A stretch of 64,000 nucleotides of DNA from contig SCPX01000056.1 of assembly GCA_004298615.1 (NCBI GenBank), positions 6,876-70,875 on the forward strand. Direction: 5' to 3'. The notes below the pieces were generated by a model. The model ran no database searches and was not told where the DNA came from. It worked only from the letters and a program-made list of their open reading frames with translations. Numbering within the stretch: position 1 is the first letter of the stretch; every line of letters begins with the position of its first letter. Origin of the DNA: Patescibacteria group bacterium (lineage in GTDB: Bacteria > Patescibacteriota > Patescibacteriia > SCPX01). The translations under genes and the position numbers were made by a program. Positions 35,004 to 44,619 of this stretch are shown piece after piece.

Positions 35004-35548
35004 ATCTGAAATCACAAATTGAAAGTTTGCTTTTCCTTTCTCCGAAGCCTGTGGCGGTAAAGAAATTGGCCGAGGTGACGGGCGGAAAAAAAGAGGAAAT
35101 ACAAAATATTTTGGATGAGCTTAAAAAAGAATATGACGAGCGCGGCGGCGGAGTGTCAGTAATAGACCACCAAGGATCTTATCAAATGTCCACTTCGGCG
35201 GAAAATTCGGAAATGGTTAGGAATTTTTTAAAGGATGAACAACTCGGCGAATTGACCAAGCCGGGTCTTGAAACTTTGACGATTATCGCGTATCGCGGCC
35301 CTCTAACCAAAGCCGAATTGGAACAGATCAGGGGAGTGAATTGCGGTTTGATTTTACGCAATTTGATGATCCGCGGATTGGTGGAAAGACGGGAAGAAAA
35401 AGACAAATTGCGCACCGTGTATGAAGTGACGCACGAATTTTTAAGATATTTAGGACTTACTTCCATTAAAGAATTGCCGGATTATGAAAAACTCTCCACG
35501 CATGAGAGTATAGAGAGAGTGTTGGAAGAAGCGGGTAAACGAGTATGA
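35000..35548 (+). CDS. scpB: Segregation and condensation protein B
   Basis: ScpB wHTH repeats are present ('IESLLFLSPKPVAVKKLAEV', 'LTIIAYRGPLTKAELEQIRG'). The ATGA start overlaps the upstream stop. Confidence 0.8.
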   Translation: MNLKSQIESLLFLSPKPVAVKKLAEVTGGKKEEIQNILDELKKEYDERGGGVSVIDHQGSYQMSTSAENSEMVRNFLKDEQLGELTKPGLETLTIIAYRGPLTKAELEQIRGVNCGLILRNLMIRGLVERREEKDKLRTVYEVTHEFLRYLGLTSIKELPDYEKLSTHESIERVLEEAGKRV

Positions 35549-36282
35549 AATACCTCATCGCCAATTGGAAAATGAATCTTGGGATAAAAGAGAGTGTTGA
35601 GTTGTCTAAAAAAATATCCGGCGAAATTGAGTCTGATAAAATTAAAACCATTGTTCTTTGTCCATCGTTTGCTTCTTTAGCCGAAGTTTCCGAAGTCATT
35701 AAAAAAAGTTCATTAAAATTGGGCGCGCAGGATATTTTCTGGGTAAATAAAGGCGCGTTCACCGGAGAAGTGGGGGCGCCGGAATTGAAAGAGATCGGAG
35801 TAGAATTTGTGATTGTCGGACATTCGGAAAGACGGCATATTGTCGGCGAAACCGACGAAGTGATAGCGAAAAAAATGAAATTGGCGGCGGATTTCGGATT
35901 GCGGCCGATTTTGTGCGTGGGCGAGACGGGGGACGAGCGGGAAAACGAGCAAGCGGAAAAAAGGGTGGCGGAGCAATTGGATCTCGGGCTTCAGCTCTTG
36001 GACAACGCGCAAATTTCCAAAATCTTGATAGCTTACGAACCGGTCTGGGCGATCGGCACGGGCAAAGCGTGTTCGCCCGATGACGCGCTATCAATGTTCG
36101 TTTTAATCAAAAAAGTTTTGCAAGAAAAATTCAGTGAAAATAATATCCCGATTCTTTACGGCGGGAGCACGGATGATAAAAATATTGCTTCGTACATTGA
36201 AGCCGGTTATGCCGGCGCTTTGGTCGGAGGGTCAAGTCTGAAACCGCTGACATTTTTGAAAATGAAAGAGGCGATTGAATAA
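35545..36282 (+). CDS. tpiA: Triosephosphate isomerase
   Basis: TIM motifs are present ('NWKMN', 'GHSERR', 'AYEPVWAIGTGK', 'YGGS'). Confidence 0.9.
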   Translation: MKYLIANWKMNLGIKESVELSKKISGEIESDKIKTIVLCPSFASLAEVSEVIKKSSLKLGAQDIFWVNKGAFTGEVGAPELKEIGVEFVIVGHSERRHIVGETDEVIAKKMKLAADFGLRPILCVGETGDERENEQAEKRVAEQLDLGLQLLDNAQISKILIAYEPVWAIGTGKACSPDDALSMFVLIKKVLQEKFSENNIPILYGGSTDDKNIASYIEAGYAGALVGGSSLKPLTFLKMKEAIE

Positions 36283-36360
36283 GGTTAAATGGTTTTCTTT
36301 GTGAATATCCCGCCAATTATATGGGTTTTGAGTTGAATGTTTTTATGGTATAATATTTAA

Positions 36361-36678
36361 ATGTTAATAACCAAAGAAAAAGTCCTCAAAAAATTAAAGG
36401 AAGTGATAGATCCGGAATTGCATTTGAATATAGTGGATTTAGGCTTTATTTACGGGATTGAGTTTCCCAAAAAAGACAGCGTAAAGGTAAAAATGACTAT
36501 GACTTCGCCCGCTTGTCCCTTGGCGCCTTATTTCGAGGAGGAAGTACCGGCAGTTGTTAAAAAAATAAAAGGAGTAAAAAGCGCCAAGGTGGAATTTACT
36601 TTTACGCCCAAGTGGACGCGGGTCAAGATTTCAGAATCAGCCAAAGAAGAATTACGGATGAGGGGAGTGCCTATTTGA
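36361..36678 (+). CDS. DUF59/SufT-like Fe-S cluster assembly protein
   Basis: It has 'VIDPELHLNIVDLGFIYGIEF' and a conserved Cys in 'MTSPACPL'. Confidence 0.65.
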   Translation: MLITKEKVLKKLKEVIDPELHLNIVDLGFIYGIEFPKKDSVKVKMTMTSPACPLAPYFEEEVPAVVKKIKGVKSAKVEFTFTPKWTRVKISESAKEELRMRGVPI

Positions 36679-36807
36679 CTCGTATCATCAATCTCGTATC
36701 TCGTATCTTGATAGTTGATGGTCATAAGTTCCAAGATGCAAGTTAAAAGATATAAGATGCAAGAAATTGTAAAGGTCGAAAAAAATTATTATTAAAATTA
36801 AGAATAA

Positions 36808-37413
36808 TTGAAATATATGAATAAAATTATCAAAAAAGCCGTTTTGTCGGCAATAGCGAGCTCCGGACTTTTTATCGGCATGACCGCATTAGTGCACGGA
36901 GCGGGAGCCGGAACAGCCGCGCCATCATCGTTTTACAGTCATGAAATTTTTGCCGTACTTCACGGATTTCTCGGACTTTTATTGATTATGGGCTTGATGC
37001 TTGTTTTGGGAGGGCTTATTCAAATGAAAGTGAACGGCAACGGATTCCAGATGATTAAAGTCGGCACGGCTATGCTTTTGGTTTCATCGGTAATACTCGC
37101 TTTATCCGGTATTTATTTGTACAGCTTGTATCGCGGAGGATCGATCGGAGCGCCGGAAAGCGCGAGAAAGATTATCAAGGCGAGTACGCGGCCTTGGGTG
37201 CACGGCATTATGATGGAAATGAAAGAATTTATCGGCGTGTATGTGCCGGTAATTATCGCTATGATGTATGTGGTGGTAAAAACTTACGGCGCCGGATTTG
37301 TAGAGAATAAAAAAGCCAGAATGATGTTTACGGTCTTATTGACGCTCGCCGTTGTATGGACCGTCGTGACATTCGGATTCGGAGCGTTCATTACTAAAAC
37401 CGTGCCATTATAA
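36808..37413 (+). CDS. Hypothetical polytopic membrane protein
   Basis: Hydrophobic profile only. Confidence 0.45.
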   Translation: MKYMNKIIKKAVLSAIASSGLFIGMTALVHGAGAGTAAPSSFYSHEIFAVLHGFLGLLLIMGLMLVLGGLIQMKVNGNGFQMIKVGTAMLLVSSVILALSGIYLYSLYRGGSIGAPESARKIIKASTRPWVHGIMMEMKEFIGVYVPVIIAMMYVVVKTYGAGFVENKKARMMFTVLLTLAVVWTVVTFGFGAFITKTVPL

Positions 37414-37432
37414 ACTAACCCGTTGAATCTAT

Positions 37433-37756
37433 ATGACTGAAGATATAATAAACGAAGGAAAGCTTTTGGCGGCTTATATTGGCGGCGGAGTGATGCTTTT
37501 GGCGATCGGCATTTTGAATGTCGCGAGCGAATTGTCCGAAAGTACCGGCAAAGCGCTGGAGCTTTATAAGCCTTTAGGCGCTTATTCCGGAAAAATCACC
37601 TTTGGGCTGATTTGCGGAGCGATTGTCTGGGGAATTCTGCATTTTGTATTGAAAGACAAAAAAGCGGATGCCAAGCTCGGGCTTTACTTTTTTATAGCCG
37701 CGCTTTTACTCGCCACCTTATTCGTATTTACGCCGTTTATTGGGTTACTTGAATAA
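37433..37756 (+). CDS. Hypothetical membrane protein (3 TM helices)
   Basis: Hydrophobic profile only. Confidence 0.4.
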   Translation: MTEDIINEGKLLAAYIGGGVMLLAIGILNVASELSESTGKALELYKPLGAYSGKITFGLICGAIVWGILHFVLKDKKADAKLGLYFFIAALLLATLFVFTPFIGLLE

Positions 37757-37838
37757 TAACCAATACTTCAAAAGAATGAGCGTTTGCCTTTCCGCCTTTT
37801 TGGCGGAAGGAGAGATTCGCATTCTACGACAAGCAAGT

Positions 37839-38150
37839 ATGCAGCCACCACTCAACAAACCGGAAAGCAACGGTGGAAAAAAAAGCGATCAGCTCAATGT
37901 CTTTTACGCTCTGTCTTTGGCTTGGCAAATGGGATTTTTGATTATCGCGCCGATTTTATTGTTCTTATTCGGCGGATATATGATTGACAAATGGCTAAAG
38001 ACCGCTCCGCTTTTCATAATCATCAGCATTTTCGCGGCACTGGCCGTCTCGGTTTACGAAATACACCACTTGATCAAGCCGATGCTGGAAAGCAGCCGAA
38101 AAGAACTGGAAGAAATTACCGGTGAAAAAAGCGATAGCAATAAGAAGTAA
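37839..38150 (+). CDS. AtpZ/AtpI-like ATP-synthase-associated small membrane protein
   Basis: 'FYALSLAWQMGFLIIAPILLFLFGGYMIDKWL' matches the ATPase_gene1 (AtpZ) motif. The start is chosen at 'MQPPLN'. Confidence 0.55.
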   Translation: MQPPLNKPESNGGKKSDQLNVFYALSLAWQMGFLIIAPILLFLFGGYMIDKWLKTAPLFIIISIFAALAVSVYEIHHLIKPMLESSRKELEEITGEKSDSNKK

Positions 38151-38158
38151 AATATTTT

Positions 38159-38938
38159 ATGAGCTCTCCGCATATTTCTCTGATACCGGAACACATTGGG
38201 AATATTTTGGGAATTTCTTTCACCAATTCGGTTTTGACCGCGTGGCTGGTGACGGTTGTTTTGACAATTTTAGCGATCGCAGCCACGAGAGAAATGCGTT
38301 TTGTGCCGAGAGGAATCCAGAATTTTTTTGAAACAATGATAGAATATGTGCTGGGATTGGTGGAACAGGTGATGGAAAATCGCGAGCAAGCGCGAAAGAT
38401 TTTTCCGCTGGTGGCGACAATTTTTCTATTCGTGCTTTTTGCCAATCTGATGGGCATTTTCCCGGGCATAGGTTCTATCGGCATAATCGCGGAGCACGGA
38501 GAAGAATTTATTCCTCTTTTGCGCCCCACTAATGCCGATCTGAATATGACCGTGGCGCTGGCTTTGATTTCCGTGGTTGCCATTCAATTTTTGGGTATCG
38601 CAACGCTCGGATTTATAAAATATTCCAAAAGGTTTTTTAATTTTACCAGTCCCTTGAAGCTCGTCATCGGCTTATTTGAATTGTTGGGAGAATTTACCAA
38701 AATCATTTCTTTTTCTTTCCGGCTTTTCGGCAATATTTTCGCGGGCGAAGTCCTCCTGATCGTTATCGGATTTTTAGCGCCTTACATTATTCCCGTACCG
38801 TTTTTATTTTTGGAAATATTTACTGGTTTTATTCAGGCCTTTATTTTCGCCATACTGACCTTGGTATTTTACAAAGTGGCGATCACGCAAGAAGGCGAAG
38901 AAACAGAAACTCAAGAAGAAACTAAACCCGCTCAATAG
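38159..38938 (+). CDS. F0 ATP synthase subunit a, paralog 1, located outside the main atp operon
   Basis: It has the 'SFRLFGNIFAGEVLL' signature with the essential Arg and five or six TM helices. Confidence 0.8.
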   Translation: MSSPHISLIPEHIGNILGISFTNSVLTAWLVTVVLTILAIAATREMRFVPRGIQNFFETMIEYVLGLVEQVMENREQARKIFPLVATIFLFVLFANLMGIFPGIGSIGIIAEHGEEFIPLLRPTNADLNMTVALALISVVAIQFLGIATLGFIKYSKRFFNFTSPLKLVIGLFELLGEFTKIISFSFRLFGNIFAGEVLLIVIGFLAPYIIPVPFLFLEIFTGFIQAFIFAILTLVFYKVAITQEGEETETQEETKPAQ

Positions 38939-39091
38939 GCGGAGTAGAATATTATCAAATTAATTACAAAATTCGAATATCGAAATACGAAACAAATCCC
39001 AAATTCAAATTTTCAAAAATTAATAAACTTGTTTTGTTATTTTGATTTTGATTATTAAATATTGTTTCGGATTTCGGATTTGAGAGGTATT

Positions 39092-39673
39092 ATGTCTTAT
39101 CAAGCAAAAAATTATGATCAATTACTGGGCATCAAGGGATTAAGCGATCAATTATTAAAAAATCATTTTACCCTATATCAAGGATATGTGACTAATTTCA
39201 ATAAAGTAAACGATATATTGGTTGCAATGGAGAGGGAAGGAAAATTCGGAACTCCGGAATACGCGGAATTGAATCGCCGTTTTGGCTGGGAATTCAACGG
39301 GATGCGGCTTCACGAATATTATTTTGAAAATTTGTCAAAAGAAGTGCGCGCTATTGATCAAAATTCCGAATTGCATAAAAAAATTGTTGCCGAGTTCGGC
39401 TCTTATGAAGCGTGGGAAAAAGATTTCAGAGCTATGCTTGCGATGCGGGGGATCGGCTGGGTGGTTTTATATCACGATGCGCAAGCCGACAGATTATTCA
39501 ATGTTTGGATCAACGAGCACGACGCGGGCCACTTTGCCGGTTGTACGCCTATTCTTGTCGTTGATGTTTTTGAGCACGCTTATATGATAGACTACGGCAT
39601 CAAACGCGCGGACTACATTGAAGCGGTAATGAAAGCGATCAGCTGGGAATCAGTTGAACAAAGAATGAAGTGA
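39092..39673 (+). CDS. Fe/Mn superoxide dismutase family protein (divergent N-terminal His region)
   Basis: It has 'DVFEHAYMIDYG' (Asp and His ligands) and 'FNGMRLHEYYFENL'. The N-terminal 'HHxKHH' motif is reduced to 'KNHFTLYQGYV'. Confidence 0.7.
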   Translation: MSYQAKNYDQLLGIKGLSDQLLKNHFTLYQGYVTNFNKVNDILVAMEREGKFGTPEYAELNRRFGWEFNGMRLHEYYFENLSKEVRAIDQNSELHKKIVAEFGSYEAWEKDFRAMLAMRGIGWVVLYHDAQADRLFNVWINEHDAGHFAGCTPILVVDVFEHAYMIDYGIKRADYIEAVMKAISWESVEQRMK

Positions 39674-39679
39674 GTTTGA

Positions 39680-39707
39680 CAGGATGCCGCAAGGCATCCT
39701 GTTTTCT
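39680..39707 (+). terminator. Rho-independent terminator (caggatgcc-gcaa-ggcatcctg followed by ttttct)
   Basis: Seen in sequence. Confidence 0.7.
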
Positions 39708-39805
39708 AAAAAATATTTTTACAAATAGTTGCAAGAAGTGGAAAAATGTGCTATACTGTAAATAATATATTATTTATTATTAAAATTACATATTTACTTT
39801 GAATT

Positions 39806-40453
39806 ATGAAAAGACTTCCAATTGTCGGAATATTTTTCGCCTTAGCGGGAATAGCGTTTCTTTTGGCGGGCGGAGCGGCCTTAGGCATGGCAAAGGCCGG
39901 GAAAACATCGCTTCAGGCCGTATACAAAGCCCAGAATCTTATGATGACTTATGACGCGAACGGCAATTTTACGGACCGGGATAAAGTTGAAGGAGGAAAC
40001 GCCATTCTTTCGCTATTGACCAATGATTGGAAATATCCTTTGAGAAAAGGCTCGCTTGATCCTAAAAATCCTTTGGTGAATACGCCCGACGAGGTGATGG
40101 TGCAGTATGCGCGTATCAGCTATCATACGCTGCACAGCACGCAAACCATCACGCTGGATAAAGATGTAGAGTATAAGGGACAAACATATAATGCGGGCAA
40201 GCATGATTTTGCCGTTGATGGACGGTATTGGCAGGATTTTGATCGAGCGCACCCGATTGAAGGAGCGGCGCGCAGTCAGGCCTGGAGCCCCACCGTGCTC
40301 GGGTTATTGGCAAGCTTGCAGGCCGGATTTGCTTCGCATACTCTGGTGGAACTGGCGTTTTATTTCAGCCTGTTGGTTATGGGTCTTGGCATGATTTTTC
40401 TTCTTGGCGGCATAGGGATTGCGTATGCCGGCCTGAAAGAGCGTAAAAAATAA
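39806..40453 (+). CDS. Hypothetical protein with N- and C-terminal TM helices and a periplasmic middle
   Basis: Hydrophobic profile only. Confidence 0.45.
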   Translation: MKRLPIVGIFFALAGIAFLLAGGAALGMAKAGKTSLQAVYKAQNLMMTYDANGNFTDRDKVEGGNAILSLLTNDWKYPLRKGSLDPKNPLVNTPDEVMVQYARISYHTLHSTQTITLDKDVEYKGQTYNAGKHDFAVDGRYWQDFDRAHPIEGAARSQAWSPTVLGLLASLQAGFASHTLVELAFYFSLLVMGLGMIFLLGGIGIAYAGLKERKK

Positions 40454-40565
40454 CCGGCAGCTTTAATTTGTTTTGCCGCTGATGCCGCCCGCTTGGTTTT
40501 TCCAACGGGCGCTTTAGTAAAGGGGATCAGGGTAAAGAGTCGGCTCTGTAATTTTAATTGAAAAT

Positions 40566-42419
40566 ATGTGCGGGATTATTGGATACATCGGAACAAAACA
40601 GGCGTTGCCCATTCTTTTGGAAGGGTTGAGACGCTTGGAATACCGCGGTTATGATTCAGCCGGAGTGGCGCTCGTGGCGCCGGACCCGCTTGGCGGCGAG
40701 GCAAGCGGAAGCAAGATTTTTACCGAGCGGGCGGCGGGGAAAGTGTCCGAGCTTGAAAACAAATTTATTGATAATAATCTTCCCGGGCTCATCGGTATCG
40801 GCCATACGCGTTGGGCGACGCACGGAGCGCCGAAAGAAGAAAACGCCCATCCGCACGGGGATTGCGAAAACAATATCGCCGTGGTGCATAACGGCATTAT
40901 TGAAAATTATCAGGAATTGAAAAACGAACTTGCGGCGCGCGGGCATAAATTCCGGTCGGAAACCGATACGGAAGTTATCGCGCATCTTTTGGAGGACGAG
41001 CCAAAAGAACTTTCCTTGGAAAAAAAGTTGATGAATATTTTGCCGCGGCTGGTCGGGACTTACGGTCTGGCCGTGATTGATAAAAATGATTCGAAAAAAA
41101 TCGTGGTGGCGCGTTTGGGCAGCCCTTTGGTCATCGGCATCAGAGGATCGGAATTTTTTATCGCGTCCGATCCGAGCGCTTTTATTTCTCAAACGAGAGA
41201 GGTTCTTTATTTGGATGACGGAGAGGTCGCGGCTCTTAGTCCCCAAGGCATTGAAATTATTGAAAAAGGAATTTCAAAAAATAAACAATCCGAGCTTTTG
41301 GAATGGAGCGCTGAAAAAATTGAAAAGCAAGGCTATCCGCATTTTATGTTAAAGGAGATAAACGAGCAGCCGAAAGTGATTGAAGACACGATCCGCGGAC
41401 GGTTGGAGGAAAAAGACGGTTTGGCGCATTTGGGCGGACTCAAAGAAGCGGAAGAGAAGTTGCGGAAAATTGAAAAAATAATAATTGTCGGTTGCGGTTC
41501 GGCTCTGTATTCCGGAAAAATAGGGGAATATATAATTGAAGAATATGCCGGGATTCCGGTTGAATGCGAATACGCTTCCGAATTTCGGTACAGAAAACCG
41601 GTTTTGGATGATTCCACCGCGGTTTTGGCCGTGAGCCAATCGGGCGAAACCGCCGATACTTTGGCCGCGATTCGCGAAGCAAAGAGAAAAGGAGTATTGA
41701 CTCTCGGAATGGTTAACGCGGTCGGTTCAACTATCGCGCGCGAAACCGATGCCGGAATTTACAATCACGCCGGACCCGAGATCGGTGTCGCTTCAACCAA
41801 AGCGTTTATTTCGCAAGTGGCCGCATTCGCGCTTATCACGCTTTTTCTCGGAAGACAGAGGCAAATGTCGGCCGTGACCGGCGTTCGCATTGCGGAAGAA
41901 TTAAAAACATTGCCGGAAAAAATATCGCAAATTTTTTCGCAAAAAGAACAAATTGAAAGCATCGCGGAAAAATATGCCAAGTTTTCAAATTTTCTTTATT
42001 TGGGAAGAAAATACAACGCGCCGATCGCTTTGGAAGGAGCTTTAAAGCTCAAAGAAATTTCTTACATTCACGCCGAGGGATATCCGGCCGGAGAAATGAA
42101 GCACGGGCCCATCGCTCTTTTGGACAAGAATTTTCCGGTGGTCGCCATCGCTCCCAAAGACAGCGTTTATGAAAAAATGAAATCGGCCATTGAAGAGGCA
42201 AAAGCCAGACAGGCTCCGGTACTTGCTCTGACCACCGAGGGAAACAATGAAATGGAAAATTTGGCCGATGACATAATTTATATTCCAAAAACTCTGGAAA
42301 TGTTGACGCCGATTTTGAGCATTATTCCTCTCCAACTTTTTGCTTATTATATCGCCGTATCAAAAGGATACGATCCGGACAGGCCGCGCAATCTCGCCAA
42401 ATCAGTGACTGTAGAGTGA
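40566..42419 (+). CDS. glmS: Glutamine--fructose-6-phosphate aminotransferase
   Basis: It starts with an N-terminal 'MCGIIGYIG' Ntn-Cys and has two SIS domains. The C-terminus reads 'AKSVTVE'. Confidence 0.9.
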   Translation: MCGIIGYIGTKQALPILLEGLRRLEYRGYDSAGVALVAPDPLGGEASGSKIFTERAAGKVSELENKFIDNNLPGLIGIGHTRWATHGAPKEENAHPHGDCENNIAVVHNGIIENYQELKNELAARGHKFRSETDTEVIAHLLEDEPKELSLEKKLMNILPRLVGTYGLAVIDKNDSKKIVVARLGSPLVIGIRGSEFFIASDPSAFISQTREVLYLDDGEVAALSPQGIEIIEKGISKNKQSELLEWSAEKIEKQGYPHFMLKEINEQPKVIEDTIRGRLEEKDGLAHLGGLKEAEEKLRKIEKIIIVGCGSALYSGKIGEYIIEEYAGIPVECEYASEFRYRKPVLDDSTAVLAVSQSGETADTLAAIREAKRKGVLTLGMVNAVGSTIARETDAGIYNHAGPEIGVASTKAFISQVAAFALITLFLGRQRQMSAVTGVRIAEELKTLPEKISQIFSQKEQIESIAEKYAKFSNFLYLGRKYNAPIALEGALKLKEISYIHAEGYPAGEMKHGPIALLDKNFPVVAIAPKDSVYEKMKSAIEEAKARQAPVLALTTEGNNEMENLADDIIYIPKTLEMLTPILSIIPLQLFAYYIAVSKGYDPDRPRNLAKSVTVE

Positions 42420-42511
42420 TGCAGGCTTGACTTGTGCGGTTTTGAGTGCTAAACTGTGTTATTAAATTGTTCCTTTTTGAATTTAACCAAATAAACACAG
42501 GGGGATGAAAA

Positions 42512-42745
42512 ATGGAAGAAAAGTTGAATCTAGCGAAAGAAGATCAGAAGTTTATGTTTAAGCTTGTGTTTGGAATAGTTGCGATTTTTTTATTGACTAT
42601 GGCGATAAAGTGGATAATTCCAAATAGAGAAAAGCCGCTAACGCACGAGCAAAAAATGCGGATGGCGATTGAAAAAAATCGCAAGGAAGCATTAAGAAAG
42701 AGATCGGGTCTCTTGTCAGGAAGGCGGGTGAACCGGCATACTTGA
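42512..42745 (+). CDS. Small membrane protein (77 aa)
   Basis: A TTGACT-N17-TAAACT promoter-like pair lies upstream, and one TM helix is predicted. Confidence 0.35.
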   Translation: MEEKLNLAKEDQKFMFKLVFGIVAIFLLTMAIKWIIPNREKPLTHEQKMRMAIEKNRKEALRKRSGLLSGRRVNRHT

Positions 42746-43081
42746 TTTGCCGGAAAAATCAGCTGTTTTTGGCGAGATTTGAAGGATCGCCGGAAAATTT
42801 AACCGTGATAACCGATGAAGTTATTCCCGATGCGACCTGCCAATAATTACGCGGCCGCTCACTGCCCAAACCTGATAAGTTTGGGCTTATTTTTTAGCGC
42901 TTTAGCTTCAAGTCTTGACATGAAAATTTTAAAGGTGTATAAATAATATTGGTTCTTAAAAAATCAAAATTATAAATAATTTACATATAGGACTTACGCG
43001 TTTGAATTCAATTTAGGGGCGGCCAATTTCCGGCCAATGCTTTTAAAATGATCCAAACCTGTAAGCCTTGATGAATCGATT

Positions 43082-44386
43082 ATGCCGAAACTCTCTTCAT
43101 CAGAGGCGTTTATTTTTATTATTCAAATTCTTGTTCTTTTAGGATCTGCCAAAGCAGCAGGCGAATTATTTAAAAAAATCAAACAACCCGCCGTTATAGG
43201 CGAAATTTTAGCCGGTATTATTTTAGGACCGACTGTTTTTGGCGCGCTAATGCCGCAAAGTTTTGACTGGCTTTTTCAATCGGCCAAAGGCGCTTCTCTT
43301 TCTTTGGATGGATTTATTTTATTGTCCGCGATTTTTCTTTTGTTCGCGGTTGGTCTGGAAATTGACATTGAGACGATTAAAAAACAAGGCCGGGCGGTGG
43401 GATGGATGAGCTCTCTGGGCATTCTCATTCCTTTGGCTATCGGCGCCGGCACGGGCTGGCTGATTTACCCGATGGTTGATTTGCCGGTTTCCCGCGAAGT
43501 TTTTTCGCTTTTTATGGGTGCGGCTCTTTCCATTTCGGCTTTGCCGGTGATTGCACGAGTTTTAATGGATTTGGGTCTGCTCAAAAGCAAAATCGGCAGC
43601 TTGATAATCGCGGCCGCGACGATCAATGATGTGGTCGGGTGGCTGATATTCACAATAGCTTTGAGTATGGCGGGAGGCGAAAGCGCACACCTGAATATTT
43701 GGGCTACGATTATTCTGACAATAATTCTCGCGGTTTTATCAGTCACTTTGTTGAAAAAAGCGGTAAATTTTATTTTGGGAATTATTAGTAAAAATTTTTC
43801 AGGAAACGGGGCGATTTTTGGAACAAGCATAGTATTGATGCTTGTTTTTTCTTTAATTACCGAATATATCGGAATCCACGCGGTTTTCGGCGCGTTTTTG
43901 GTGGGCGTCGCGATCGCCGGTTCAAAATACTTCAATAAAGAAGTGAAAGAAAGCATTGGGAATTTTACCGCCAATATTTTGGCGCCGATGTTTTTTGTTT
44001 CCGTGGGATTGAAAGTTAATTTTTTAAAAAGTTTTGACTGGAAAATAGTTTTAATTGTTATCGCGGCGGCTTATATCAGCAAGATTTTGGCCGGGATTAT
44101 CGGCGGACGGCTTGCTAAAATTTCTCAAAAAGAAGGTTTGGCCGTCGGTCTTGGGATTGCCGCTCGCGGCGGAATGGGAATAATTTTGGCAATCCTGGCT
44201 TTGAACGCGCATTTGGTGAACGAGGTTCTTTTTGAAGCGTTGGTGATTATGGCGGTCGTCACTTGCGTAAGCGCCGTATTGATTAAGCCGCTTTTAACCA
44301 AGTCAATAAATAAATCAAGCGCCGGCTCCGAATCAATATCTCCAAGTATTGCCGTTAGCGCGCATCACTCAAATCCGTCGCCTTGA
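43082..44386 (+). CDS. Cation:proton antiporter, CPA2 (Kef/NapA-type)
   Basis: It has a 12-13-TM Na_H_Exchanger profile ('GEILAGIILGP', 'LFAVGLEID'). Confidence 0.75.
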   Translation: MPKLSSSEAFIFIIQILVLLGSAKAAGELFKKIKQPAVIGEILAGIILGPTVFGALMPQSFDWLFQSAKGASLSLDGFILLSAIFLLFAVGLEIDIETIKKQGRAVGWMSSLGILIPLAIGAGTGWLIYPMVDLPVSREVFSLFMGAALSISALPVIARVLMDLGLLKSKIGSLIIAAATINDVVGWLIFTIALSMAGGESAHLNIWATIILTIILAVLSVTLLKKAVNFILGIISKNFSGNGAIFGTSIVLMLVFSLITEYIGIHAVFGAFLVGVAIAGSKYFNKEVKESIGNFTANILAPMFFVSVGLKVNFLKSFDWKIVLIVIAAAYISKILAGIIGGRLAKISQKEGLAVGLGIAARGGMGIILAILALNAHLVNEVLFEALVIMAVVTCVSAVLIKPLLTKSINKSSAGSESISPSIAVSAHHSNPSP

Positions 44387-44453
44387 AAAGCTAAGAGCCG
44401 TTTACCTCTTGCGCCAATTTTTAAACATTAAGACAAGTATAAAAAGTTGACGC

Positions 44454-44484
44454 AAGGGGTAAATAGTTTATTTACCCCTTTTTG
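44454..44484 (+). terminator. Rho-independent terminator (aaggggtaaata-gtt-tatttacccctt followed by tttg)
   Basis: Seen in sequence. Confidence 0.7.
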
Positions 44485-44619
44485 TTCTTTGTAAATTCAG
44501 CAAGATGTCGCGCATTTTCTGCAGGATGAGTTTAGCCCGAACTTTTCGGGATATATGCCCATACTTCAGGATATGCATGAAAAATAAACCAATAACCACA
44601 AACCACAAGGAGGTAGAAA

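Noticed and set aside
40454-40565. glmS ribozyme upstream of glmS
   Set aside because: The leader is only about 110 nt. It lacks the conserved glmS ribozyme core and contains just one terminator-like hairpin (cgcccgcttgg...ccaacgggcg), which belongs to the upstream gene.
40656-41246. 196-aa minus-strand ORF inside glmS, together with many other antisense ORFs of 60-130 aa inside long plus-strand genes (e.g. 379..654, 8853..9248, 43465..43974, 61185..61490)
   Set aside because: They are fully embedded in well-supported genes on the opposite strand. They have Arg/Pro-rich junk composition, no RBS and no recognised motif, so they are treated as spurious frames.
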